Of a DNA stretch of 64,000 nt, positions 8,873 through 16,274 are shown piece after piece. Origin of the DNA: Anaeromyxobacteraceae bacterium (GTDB taxonomy: Bacteria; Myxococcota; Myxococcia; Myxococcales; Anaeromyxobacteraceae); contig JAULAX010000015.1 of assembly GCA_032654565.1 (NCBI GenBank), positions 384,001 to 448,000 on the forward strand. Reading direction: 5' to 3'. Within the stretch, counting starts at the first letter, position 1; every line of letters starts with the position of its first letter. A model generated the notes under the pieces. The model had not been told where the DNA came from. It saw only the letters and a list, made by a program, of their open reading frames with translations, and searched no databases. The translations under genes and the position numbers were made by a program.

Positions 8873-10756
8873 ATGTCCCCGGGGGGTCTCAGCTCGCGTC
8901 CGTGGTTGCGGCGCGTCGTTGTCATGGGCGGCCACGCCGTCCTCTTCGGCGTCGGCTACTTCGGCGCCTTCGCCCTCCGCTTCGACTTCAGCAACGACCA
9001 CATGTACGCGGGCCGGATGGTCCGCTGGTTCCCCATCCTGGTGGTCTTGCGCCTCGTCGCCTTCCACTACGCCGGCCTCTTCCGCGGCCTCTGGAAGTAC
9101 ACCAGCACCCGCGACCTGCGGCGCATCATCCTGGCCACCACCGCCTCCACCATCGCCTTCGAGGCGGCCCTCGGCATCCTCTTCCGCGTCCTCCCGCGCT
9201 CGGTCATCCTCATCGAGTGGGGGCTCTGCATCATGCTGGTGGGCGGCGCCCGCTTCGCCTACCGCGCCCTGACCGCCGAGCGGATGCCGCTGCTCCGCAA
9301 GGACGTCAAGCGCCAGAAGCTCCTCATCGTCGGCGCCGGCGACGCCGGCGAGATGCTCCTGCGCGAGGTGCGGCGCAACTCCACCGACCGCTACGACGTG
9401 GTCGGCTTCCTCGACGACAACCGCGAGAAGCTCCACGCCGACATCCACGGCGTCCGGGTGCTGGGCGGCCTCGAGCAGCTCCCCGCGGTGGTGGTGGGCC
9501 AGGACGTGGACGAGGTGATCATCGCCGCCCCGTCCGCCTCCGGCGCCCAGATGCGCCGCATCGTGGACCTGTGCAAGCAGAGCGGCGCCCGCTTCCGCAC
9601 CATCCCCGGCATGGACCAGCTCATCGACGGCCGGGTCACGCTCAGCCAGGTGCGCGACGTGGCCATCGAGGACCTGCTCGGCCGCGAGCCCATCGCGCTC
9701 GACATGGACGCCATCGGCACCGCCATCGAGGGGCAGGTGGTCATGGTGACCGGCGCCGGCGGCTCCATCGGCTCCGAGCTCTGCCGGCAGCTGGCCCGCT
9801 TCGCCCCCAGCGCCCTGCTGCTGGTGGAGCGGGCCGAGAACAACCTGTTCAACATCCACCGCGAGCTGCTGGCCCGCAACGACGGCTTCACGCTGGTGCC
9901 GCTGCTGGCCGACGTGGCCGACGCCGCGCGCATGGACGAGGTCTTCGGGCGCTACCGCCCCACGGTGGTGGTCCACGCCGCCGCCCACAAGCACGTCCCC
10001 ATGATGGAGTGGAACCCCGGCGAGGCGGTGAAGAACAACGTGCTCGGCACCCGCACCCTGGCCGACGCCGCCGACCGGCACGGGGTGGGGCGGTTCGTGA
10101 TGGTCTCCACCGACAAGGCGGTGAACCCCACCTCGGTGATGGGGGCCTCCAAGCGGGTGGCGGAGATCTACGTGCAGTCGCTGTCGCGGCGGTCGAGGAC
10201 CCGGTTCGTGACGGTGCGGTTCGGCAACGTGCTCGGGTCGGCGGGGAGCGTCATCCCCATCTTCAAGGAGCAGATCGCGGCGGGCGGGCCGGTGACGGTG
10301 ACCCACCCGGAGATGAAGCGGTTCTTCATGACCATCCCGGAGGCGTCGCAGCTGGTGCTGCAGGCCGGGACCATGGGGGACGGCGGGGAGATCTACATCC
10401 TGGACATGGGCGAGCCGGTGCGGATCGCCGACCTGGCGCGCGACCTGATCACGCTGTCCGGGCTGACGCCGGGGGTGGACGTGGAGATCCAGTTCACCGG
10501 GATGCGGCCGGGGGAGAAGCTGTTCGAGGAGCTGGCGGTGGACGACGAGAGCGCCGACAAGACCCGGCACCCGAAGATCTTCGTGGGGAAGATGCGGGTG
10601 TACGAGCAGGAGCGGATCGAGAAGGGGCTGGCCTGGCTGGCGGCGGGGGTGGGGCTGGAGCCGGTGGAGATCCGGGCGCGGTTCGCGGACCTGGTGCCGG
10701 AGTATCACTGCCCGGAGGATGGGGTGGCCGCGGTGAAGGCGACCCCGGGGGGGTGA
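8873..10756 (+). CDS. Membrane-bound UDP-GlcNAc 4,6-dehydratase (WbpM/CapD/PglF family)
   Basis: Four N-terminal TMs; GAGDAG, TGAGGSIGSE, HAAAHKHVP, STDKAV, RFGNVLGS and RPGEKLFEEL motifs; start uncertain (8828-8923). Confidence 0.93.
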   Translation: MSPGGLSSRPWLRRVVVMGGHAVLFGVGYFGAFALRFDFSNDHMYAGRMVRWFPILVVLRLVAFHYAGLFRGLWKYTSTRDLRRIILATTASTIAFEAALGILFRVLPRSVILIEWGLCIMLVGGARFAYRALTAERMPLLRKDVKRQKLLIVGAGDAGEMLLREVRRNSTDRYDVVGFLDDNREKLHADIHGVRVLGGLEQLPAVVVGQDVDEVIIAAPSASGAQMRRIVDLCKQSGARFRTIPGMDQLIDGRVTLSQVRDVAIEDLLGREPIALDMDAIGTAIEGQVVMVTGAGGSIGSELCRQLARFAPSALLLVERAENNLFNIHRELLARNDGFTLVPLLADVADAARMDEVFGRYRPTVVVHAAAHKHVPMMEWNPGEAVKNNVLGTRTLADAADRHGVGRFVMVSTDKAVNPTSVMGASKRVAEIYVQSLSRRSRTRFVTVRFGNVLGSAGSVIPIFKEQIAAGGPVTVTHPEMKRFFMTIPEASQLVLQAGTMGDGGEIYILDMGEPVRIADLARDLITLSGLTPGVDVEIQFTGMRPGEKLFEELAVDDESADKTRHPKIFVGKMRVYEQERIEKGLAWLAAGVGLEPVEIRARFADLVPEYHCPEDGVAAVKATPGG

Positions 10757-10770
10757 GGGGGCCGCAGCGC

Positions 10771-10861
10771 GGGGTCGAGGAACGGAGGCTCGCCTGGGAG
10801 GCGGGCCTTTTTCGTTGGGTGGGCGGGGCTGTCAGGGTGGGGCGTATACTGTACGCATGTT
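10771..10861 (+). repeat. Repeat A copy 1 (91 bp): terminator hairpin, TATACT, LexA-like box, ATG
   Basis: Ungapped manual alignment gives 6 mismatches to 12709-12799 and 12 to 14165-14255. Hairpin GAGGCTCGCCT-GGG-AGGCGGGCCTT is followed by a T run. Confidence 0.95.
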
Positions 10862-10953
10862 CACGACAGTCAGCGGACCGAATCTCGGGAACTCACACCT
10901 GGCGGCGATTCCGGCTGTCCTGGGTGTTCGAAGGAGGTCCCTGCTGTCGGACT

Positions 10954-10984
10954 ATGGTAGAAAACTAACTCGTTTTACTACCAT
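10954..10984. promoter_or_regulatory. Inverted repeat, probable AbiEi autorepression operator
   Basis: ATGGTAG-AAAAC...GTTTT-A-CTACCAT ends 10 bp upstream of the antitoxin ATG; AbiEi proteins are known to bind promoter inverted repeats. Confidence 0.6.
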
Positions 10985-10994
10985 CGAGATCGTC

Positions 10995-11615
10995 ATGAAG
11001 GCCGCCGCCAGCATCCTGAGAGCCATCGAGAAGTTCCCTGCTGGGGAGCCGTTCACGACCTCGGCGCTCCTGCAGCACGGCACGCGGGCTGCGGTCGACC
11101 ACGCGCTCTCGCGGTTCGCCAGGACCGGCCTCGTCACCCGCGTCGCTCGGGGCGTCTTCGTGCGCCCCAGGACCAGCAGGTTCGTCGGACAGGTCCCGCC
11201 CAGCCCAGAGGCCGTGGCCCGCACCCTGGCCGCCCAGGCCGGAGCAAAGGTCCAGGTGACTGGCGCAGAGGCAGCCGCGGAGCTTCAGCTCACCACACAG
11301 CGACCCGTGACCCCGGTCTTCCACACCTCCGGCCCGGCCCGGCGCTTCCGCATGGGAAAGCTCGAGGTCACGCTCAAGCACGTGAGCGCCAGGAAGCTGG
11401 CGCTGGCCGGCCGGCCGGCCGGTGTCGCCCTGGCGGCCCTCTGGTATCTCGGGAGGCGAGAGGTCACCGAGGCGGTCATCGAGCAAGTCCGCAGGAAGCT
11501 GCCGGCCGAGGAGTTCCGTGCGCTGGCGGCCGCCGCTGCATCCCAGCCCGCCTGGATGGCCGCGGCCTTCCGCCTCCACGCACGGAACCGGTCGCATGGC
11601 CCAGCGCTTCCTTGA
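10995..11615 (+). CDS. Type IV TA antitoxin, AbiEi-like (DUF6088)
   Basis: GTRAAVDHALSR...RVARGVF winged HTH and TGAEAAAELQLTTQ; overlaps an AbiEii gene. Confidence 0.85.
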   Translation: MKAAASILRAIEKFPAGEPFTTSALLQHGTRAAVDHALSRFARTGLVTRVARGVFVRPRTSRFVGQVPPSPEAVARTLAAQAGAKVQVTGAEAAAELQLTTQRPVTPVFHTSGPARRFRMGKLEVTLKHVSARKLALAGRPAGVALAALWYLGRREVTEAVIEQVRRKLPAEEFRALAAAAASQPAWMAAAFRLHARNRSHGPALP

Positions 11616-12606
11616 TCTCGGTCGCGAGGATCGCGCCGACATCCTCCAGGCACTGGCTGCCAGGCTGGGACGGACCGCCCTGGTCCTGGAGAAGGACGTC
11701 TGGGTCTGCTGGACGCTCGAGAGCCTCTATGCGCTTCCTGGACGCAGGGCCATGGCCTTCAAGGGAGGCACGTCCCTGTCCAAGGTCTACGGAGTCATCG
11801 CGAGATTCTCCGAAGACCTCGACATCACGATCGACTGTCGTGGGCTGGTGGCCTCGTTCGACCCCTTCTCCGGGACGGCGTCCGGCAGCGCCCGGAAGAA
11901 GTACGGGAGGGCACTCTCGGCCGCCATGTTCCGGCATGTCCGCGAGGTGCTGGCGCCCCAGCTGGCCGCCGAGCTGAAGCGACAGTTCCAGGGATCGTGC
12001 CGCATCGAGCTCGAGGATGGCGCCGAGAAGCTCTGGGTCCGGTACGAGTCCGCGTTGCCTCCGTCGGCGGGGTACCTGGAGCGAAACGTGCTCGTCGAGT
12101 TCGGCGGTCGAAACAGCCTCGAGCCGAGCGAGCCGCGGACCATCCGGACCTACATGAGTGGCCAGGCCGATGACCTCGAGTTTCCCGTGGCCGAGGTCAC
12201 CGTCCTGCGACCCGAACGGACGTTCTGGGAGAAGGCGACGCTCATTCACGTGGAGTGCGTCAGGGGAGAGCTGAAGGCAGGCAAGGACCGGCTCTCCCGG
12301 CACTGGTACGACCTGGCGACGCTGGCCGACCATGACATTGGACGGCGCGCCCTGTCGGACCGCGCGCTCCTGGCCGACGTGGTGAAGTTCAAGAGCGTGT
12401 TCTTCCGGGACGCGCACGCCAGCTACCAGGATTGCATCGACGGGCGGCTCAGGCTCACTCCGGATCCAGGGATGGCCGCGAGCCTGCGAGGTGACTTCGA
12501 GCAGATGGTCGCCAGCGGAATGTTCGAGGGCCAGCCGCCCCGGTTCGACGACGTCATGGAGCGCCTGCGCCAGCTCGAACAGGCCATCAACGATCAGGCG
12601 GGCTGA
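11596..12606 (+). CDS. Type IV TA toxin, AbiEii/AbiGii nucleotidyltransferase (apparently intact, 336 aa)
   Basis: LEKDVWV, FKGGTSLSK, RFSEDLDIT, RTFWEK and SRHWYDL motifs. Confidence 0.92.
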   Translation: MAQRFLDLGREDRADILQALAARLGRTALVLEKDVWVCWTLESLYALPGRRAMAFKGGTSLSKVYGVIARFSEDLDITIDCRGLVASFDPFSGTASGSARKKYGRALSAAMFRHVREVLAPQLAAELKRQFQGSCRIELEDGAEKLWVRYESALPPSAGYLERNVLVEFGGRNSLEPSEPRTIRTYMSGQADDLEFPVAEVTVLRPERTFWEKATLIHVECVRGELKAGKDRLSRHWYDLATLADHDIGRRALSDRALLADVVKFKSVFFRDAHASYQDCIDGRLRLTPDPGMAASLRGDFEQMVASGMFEGQPPRFDDVMERLRQLEQAINDQAG

Positions 12607-12708
12607 AGAAGTTGGGTGCTGGAGCACAGGCTGGAGGTGAGCGAGGACGCGGCCGCGGGGAGGGTGGGGGAGCGCGGGGAGGGTGGACGCGAGGCCCGCG
12701 AGTTCCAC

Positions 12709-12799
12709 GGGGTCGAGGAACGAAGGCTCGCCTGGGAGGCGGGCCATTTTCGTTGGGTGGGTGGGGCTGTCAGGGTGGGGCGTAGACTGAACGGATGTT
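12709..12799 (+). repeat. Repeat A copy 2
   Basis: 85/91 identical to copy 1, ungapped. Confidence 0.95.
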
Positions 12800-12830
12800 T
12801 ATTTCAGATGCATCTTCTCGGCTACTTTTC

Positions 12831-12847
12831 TGAACCCATCAGGTTAA
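12831..12847. promoter_or_regulatory. Possible higBA operator palindrome
   Basis: TGAACC-CATCA-GGTTAA in an AT-rich stretch ~25 bp upstream of higB. Confidence 0.45.
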
Positions 12848-12871
12848 TCACTCTGGACTTCGCAAGCCACC

Positions 12872-13020
12872 GTGGATATCATCTTCAAGTCGAGGAAGCT
12901 CGAGCGGCTCTGCAATGACGACCGCCTCGCGCAGAAGGCGTGGGGAAAGCCACAGGCGAGCTCGACTGGGACCAGGTGACGGCGGTACGGGTCGTTGAAG
13001 TGGTGGACTACCATGACTGA
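12872..13020 (+). pseudogene. higB: HigB (RelE-family killer protein) toxin with internal deletion and frameshift
   Basis: Manual translation: GTG start gives MDIIFKSRKLERLCNDDRLAQKAWGKPQA. A different frame gives GELDWDQVTAVRVVEVVDYHD*. Both are typical HigB termini and the middle is missing. Confidence 0.85.
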
Positions 13021-13924
13021 AACCACGAACTCCTATCGCCCGCGCCGGGTCTCCCCGCCGGGGGGCACGCTCCTCGACCTCCTGGAAGAGCGCGGGATGG
13101 CGCAGAACGAGCTGGCCGGTCGGACCGGACTCACGCCCAAGACCATCAACGAGATCATCAAGGCCAAGGCGCCGATCACGCCGGACACCGCGCTGAAGCT
13201 GGAGCGGTCACTCGGAGTTCCAGCCGAATTCTGGCTCGTGCGCGAGCAGCACTACCAGGAGTGGATGGCGCGAGGGCGCGCCGAGGCCGAGCAGGCCGAC
13301 GCCGTCGAATGGCTCCGAAGGCTCCCCGTCAAGGACCTGGTCGATGCCGGACTGATCGAACGGTCCAGGTCCAGGGTGGACCAGGTGGGCGAGTTGCTCC
13401 GGTTCTTCGGGGTGGCCTCCCCCGCGGCCTGGAACGACCTCTATGAGCGCCCCCAGGCGGCCTTTCGACGCTCCAGCGCGTTCACGTCCGATGTCGGGGC
13501 GACCGCGGCATGGCTGCGACTCGGCGAGCTCCAGTCGCAGTCGATCAAGGGGGGGAACTACAGCGCCAGCCGCTTCAGGGCGGCGCTGAAGACCGCGGCG
13601 ACCCTGACGAGGAGGCCGCTGCCGGAGGTCACCGAGGCGCTCCGCCGATCATGCGCCGCCGCAGGCGTCGCCGTGGCGGTCATCCCGGCGCTCAAGGGCT
13701 GCAGGGCCTCCGGCGTGGCACGCTGGCTCTCGCCGACCCGCGCGCTCATCCAGTTGAGCGACGGGCCGGGGACCACCGAACAGCTCTGGTTCACGTTCTT
13801 CCACGAGGCCGGGCACATCCTCCTCCACGGGAAGAAGCTGGTCTTCCTGGATGGTGGCGGCGGCGAGACCAGCGAGGAGCACGAGGCGGACCGGTTCGCC
13901 AGGGCATCCTTGAACGGCGACTGA
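13013..13924 (+). CDS. higA: HigA antitoxin (HTH_XRE) fused to an ImmA/IrrE metallopeptidase; C-terminus possibly truncated
   Basis: SPPGGTLLDLLEERGM...ITPDTALKLERSLG..AEFW and WFTFFHEAGH (HExxH); ends shortly after EHEADRFA. Confidence 0.88.
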   Translation: MTETTNSYRPRRVSPPGGTLLDLLEERGMAQNELAGRTGLTPKTINEIIKAKAPITPDTALKLERSLGVPAEFWLVREQHYQEWMARGRAEAEQADAVEWLRRLPVKDLVDAGLIERSRSRVDQVGELLRFFGVASPAAWNDLYERPQAAFRRSSAFTSDVGATAAWLRLGELQSQSIKGGNYSASRFRAALKTAATLTRRPLPEVTEALRRSCAAAGVAVAVIPALKGCRASGVARWLSPTRALIQLSDGPGTTEQLWFTFFHEAGHILLHGKKLVFLDGGGGETSEEHEADRFARASLNGD

Positions 13925-13941
13925 CGACGGGGGCCGGGCGT

Positions 13942-13968
13942 TGCGGATTCCGGCCGAAGCCGGTCACC
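13942..13968 (+). mobile_element. Possible orphan IS21-family terminal inverted repeat
   Basis: TGCGGATTCCGGCCGAAGCCGGTCACC resembles, from recall, IS21-family ends; no istA/istB nearby. Confidence 0.4.
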
Positions 13969-13988
13969 TTTGACGCGGCCGCGGGGAA

Positions 13989-14144
13989 GCCGGGGGGCGC
14001 AGATGTGCGCGGAGCCGATCAGCAACAGGCTTCGACCTCCGAAGGGCCAAGCTGATGGCGGCGCCACCCCGAGGAGTCGTCGACGAGGTGAGTTGTTATC
14101 ACGCGTGATAACAAGCGCTCGCGGCGAGCAGATGGCTCGGCCCC
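13989..14144 (-). repeat. Repeat B copy 1 (156-bp multi-hairpin element)
   Basis: Ungapped match to 16112-16267 with 9 mismatches; contains the perfect 22-bp palindrome TTGTTATCACGCGTGATAACAA (14093-14114). Confidence 0.95.
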
Positions 14145-14164
14145 ACGATGAAGGGGCTTCCCGC

Positions 14165-14255
14165 GTGGCCGAGGAACGGAGGCTCGCCTGGGAGGCGGGC
14201 CTTCTTCGTTGAGGGGCGGGCGCTGTCAGGGTGGGGTATATACTGAACGGATGTT
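14165..14255 (+). repeat. Repeat A copy 3
   Basis: 79/91 identical to copy 1, ungapped. Confidence 0.95.
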
Positions 14256-14313
14256 TGCCCTGGCTCTAAGCGCAACGGGACCTCCGCTTGCTGGATTTCA
14301 TCCCATTAGCTAT

Positions 14314-14331
14314 TTTCAGCAAATGCTGAAA
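14314..14331. promoter_or_regulatory. Palindrome over the start codon, probable autorepression operator
   Basis: TTTCAGCA-AA-TGCTGAAA overlaps ATG 14323. Confidence 0.55.
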
Positions 14332-15435
14332 CGGCACTTTACAGTGAAAGTCGTACGGCCCGAAGAACGGCTGGGCGAGGCCCTGCTTCGGCTGCTGCGC
14401 GAGATCCCGTTCATCCGGGATGTCGAAGCCCTGGCGCTCCGAACTCCCCAGGCCCCTGGTGATCGCCCTGGCCGAGCGGTGGAGCTTGGAATCGGCTCGA
14501 AGGGCCGGTGGCGCCTGCACACCATCGCCCTTCCCACCGGCCAGCCGGCCGTGCTGCGCAGTGCCCTGGTTCGGCTCAGGGAGGAGGGCGAAGCCGCCTC
14601 GTTCCACCGAACCTCCGGCGTCATCCTCGCTCCCTTCATCTCCGACGGATCCGCACAGCTCTGCCGAGCCGCCGGCGTCGGGTTCCTGGACCTGGCCGGC
14701 AACTGCGAGCTCTGCTTCGATACCGTCTTCATCAGGCTGCGCGCGGCCGACAACCCGCTTCGTGCCCGCAGGGAGCTTCGCTCGCTCTTCACGCCGCGAG
14801 CGGCCCAGGTCCTCCACGCGCTGCTGACTCCGCCCCGGCGGCACTGGAAGGTGACGGAACTGGCCATGGCGGCTGGCGTGAGCCTCGGCCATGTCAGCAA
14901 CGTCAGGCGCCGTCTCGTCGCGCTGGAGTGGGCCCAGGCTGGACCCGAAGGGCTCGTCGTGACCCGGCCGGAGCAGGTGCTGGAGGCGTGGCGGAACGCG
15001 CCGAGGAACCGGGGCCCAGAGCGCCTGGAGTTCTATGGCCCCCTGACCGGCCGTCGCCTGGAGGAGGCGGTGCGGCAGGCGCTGAGCGAGGCCCAGGGCG
15101 ACCGCCAGGCGCTCCTCGCGTCCTACTCCGCCGCGCAGTGGCTCGCCCCCTTCGCGAGGCAATCGTCGACCTTCTTCGAGGCGGACCGCGAGGGGCTCGC
15201 GCTGCTCCAGCGCCACCTCCAGCTGCAGCCCGTGGATGGCGGCGGGAACGTGTTCGTCACGGTGGCGGACGACGACCTCGTCTTCAAGCGGCGGCTCGAG
15301 CCGGCCCCCGGCATCTGGTGCACGGGGCTCATCGACACCTGGCTCGCGCTCGGCCTTTCAGGCGACCGGGGGGTCGAGGCCGCCGACCACCTCCTGCAGC
15401 AGCGGTGGAAGCCGGCGTGGGAGCCAGGCAGGTGA
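14323..15435 (+). CDS. Type IV TA AbiEi-family antitoxin (AbiEi_2-like, with HTH)
   Basis: LAPFISD...GFLDLAGNC, RSLFTPRAAQV, ELAMAAGVSLGHVSNV (HTH), SYSAAQWLAP and GDRGVEAADHL motifs. Confidence 0.8.
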   Translation: MLKRHFTVKVVRPEERLGEALLRLLREIPFIRDVEALALRTPQAPGDRPGRAVELGIGSKGRWRLHTIALPTGQPAVLRSALVRLREEGEAASFHRTSGVILAPFISDGSAQLCRAAGVGFLDLAGNCELCFDTVFIRLRAADNPLRARRELRSLFTPRAAQVLHALLTPPRRHWKVTELAMAAGVSLGHVSNVRRRLVALEWAQAGPEGLVVTRPEQVLEAWRNAPRNRGPERLEFYGPLTGRRLEEAVRQALSEAQGDRQALLASYSAAQWLAPFARQSSTFFEADREGLALLQRHLQLQPVDGGGNVFVTVADDDLVFKRRLEPAPGIWCTGLIDTWLALGLSGDRGVEAADHLLQQRWKPAWEPGR

Positions 15436-16085
15436 TGCAGCCGGGGTGCGCGAGCGAGTACGCCGACCGAGGCGTCCAGGCGGTCACGTCCGTGCTGGTC
15501 GAGCTCGGTCAGGTGCTGGGGGCATGGCGCGATCGATTCGTGGTGATCGGGGGAGCCGTTCCATGGCTGCTCCTGCCGGCGGGGAGTCCCCCACATGTCG
15601 GAACGCTGGACGTGGACCTGGCCCTGGATCCGGAAGCCCTGGAGAGCCCCGAGTACGCAACCTTCGTCGCGGCCCTGGAGCACTCCGTCGCCCACGTGGT
15701 GCAGGGGAGGATGCCGGATGGACGACAGAACTCGGTCGAGCTGCTGATCGCCACCATCCCCGCGCTGCTGGTCATGAAGGGACACGCGCTGGTCGGCCGG
15801 GACAAGCCGAAGGACGCCTACGACGCCTACTACGCGGTGCGGAACTTCGACGGCGGTCCCGAAGCGCTGGCGGCCGCCTGCAGTCCCCTGCTCGATAGCC
15901 CCACCGCCAGACGCGGCTTTGGGCACATCGCCTCCAAGTTCACCACGCGTGAGGATTTCGGCCCGGTGACGGTGCGTCGCTTCCTGACCGGCTCCGGGGC
16001 CCTCGGCGGGATGACTCCGGAACAGGTCCAGATGGACGCGTACGAGCAGGTGCGCCGGTTCCTTGAGCTTCTCGGGGTGCGGTAG
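15435..16085 (+). pseudogene. Cognate nucleotidyltransferase toxin, probably carrying an in-frame internal deletion
   Basis: VIGGAVPWLL, HVGTLDVDLALD and MKGHALVGRDKPKDAYD motifs. Only 216 aa; the sequence jumps from ...FVAALE to HSVAHVVQGRMPDG where, from recall, homologues have ~60 more residues. Confidence 0.65.
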
Positions 16086-16111
16086 ACCACGGTGACCCAC
16101 CCGAACCTGCG

Positions 16112-16267
16112 GCCCGGGGGCGCAGATGTGCGCGGAGCCGATCAGCAACAGGCTTCGATCTCCGAAGGGCCAAGCCGATGGCGGCGCCACCCCGAGGAGT
16201 CATCGACGGGGTGAGTTGTCATCACGCGTGACAACACGTGCTCGCGGCGAGCAGATGGCTCGGCCCC
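16112..16267 (-). repeat. Repeat B copy 2
   Basis: 147/156 identical to copy 1; ends 7 bp from the stop codon of the convergent response regulator. Confidence 0.95.
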
Positions 16268-16274
16268 GCGCCGC

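Noticed and set aside
12616..12918. Track ORFs crossing the repeats (12616..12918, 13970..14212, 16126..16326, 11476..12747)
   Set aside because: These are translations of repeats A/B or of antisense frames, with no recognisable domain.
13989..14144. Repeat B as tRNA/tmRNA, group II intron domain V, or hammerhead ribozyme
   Set aside because: The acceptor-like GGGGCCG/CGGCTCC stem lacks a T-loop and CCA. Domain V pairing and the CUGAUGA/GAAA core are absent.
14508..16085. 525-aa ORF as a single protein
   Set aside because: The first ~309 codons are an alternative frame of abiEi; the real start is at 15432 or 15435.
10771..16267. Classical integron (attC array) or CRISPR array
   Set aside because: No intI or cas gene is present. 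The repeats lack RYYYAAC...GTTRRRY boxes (they continue GTTCACG, GTTTATT, GTTTGCC), and the intervening segments are kb-sized genes.
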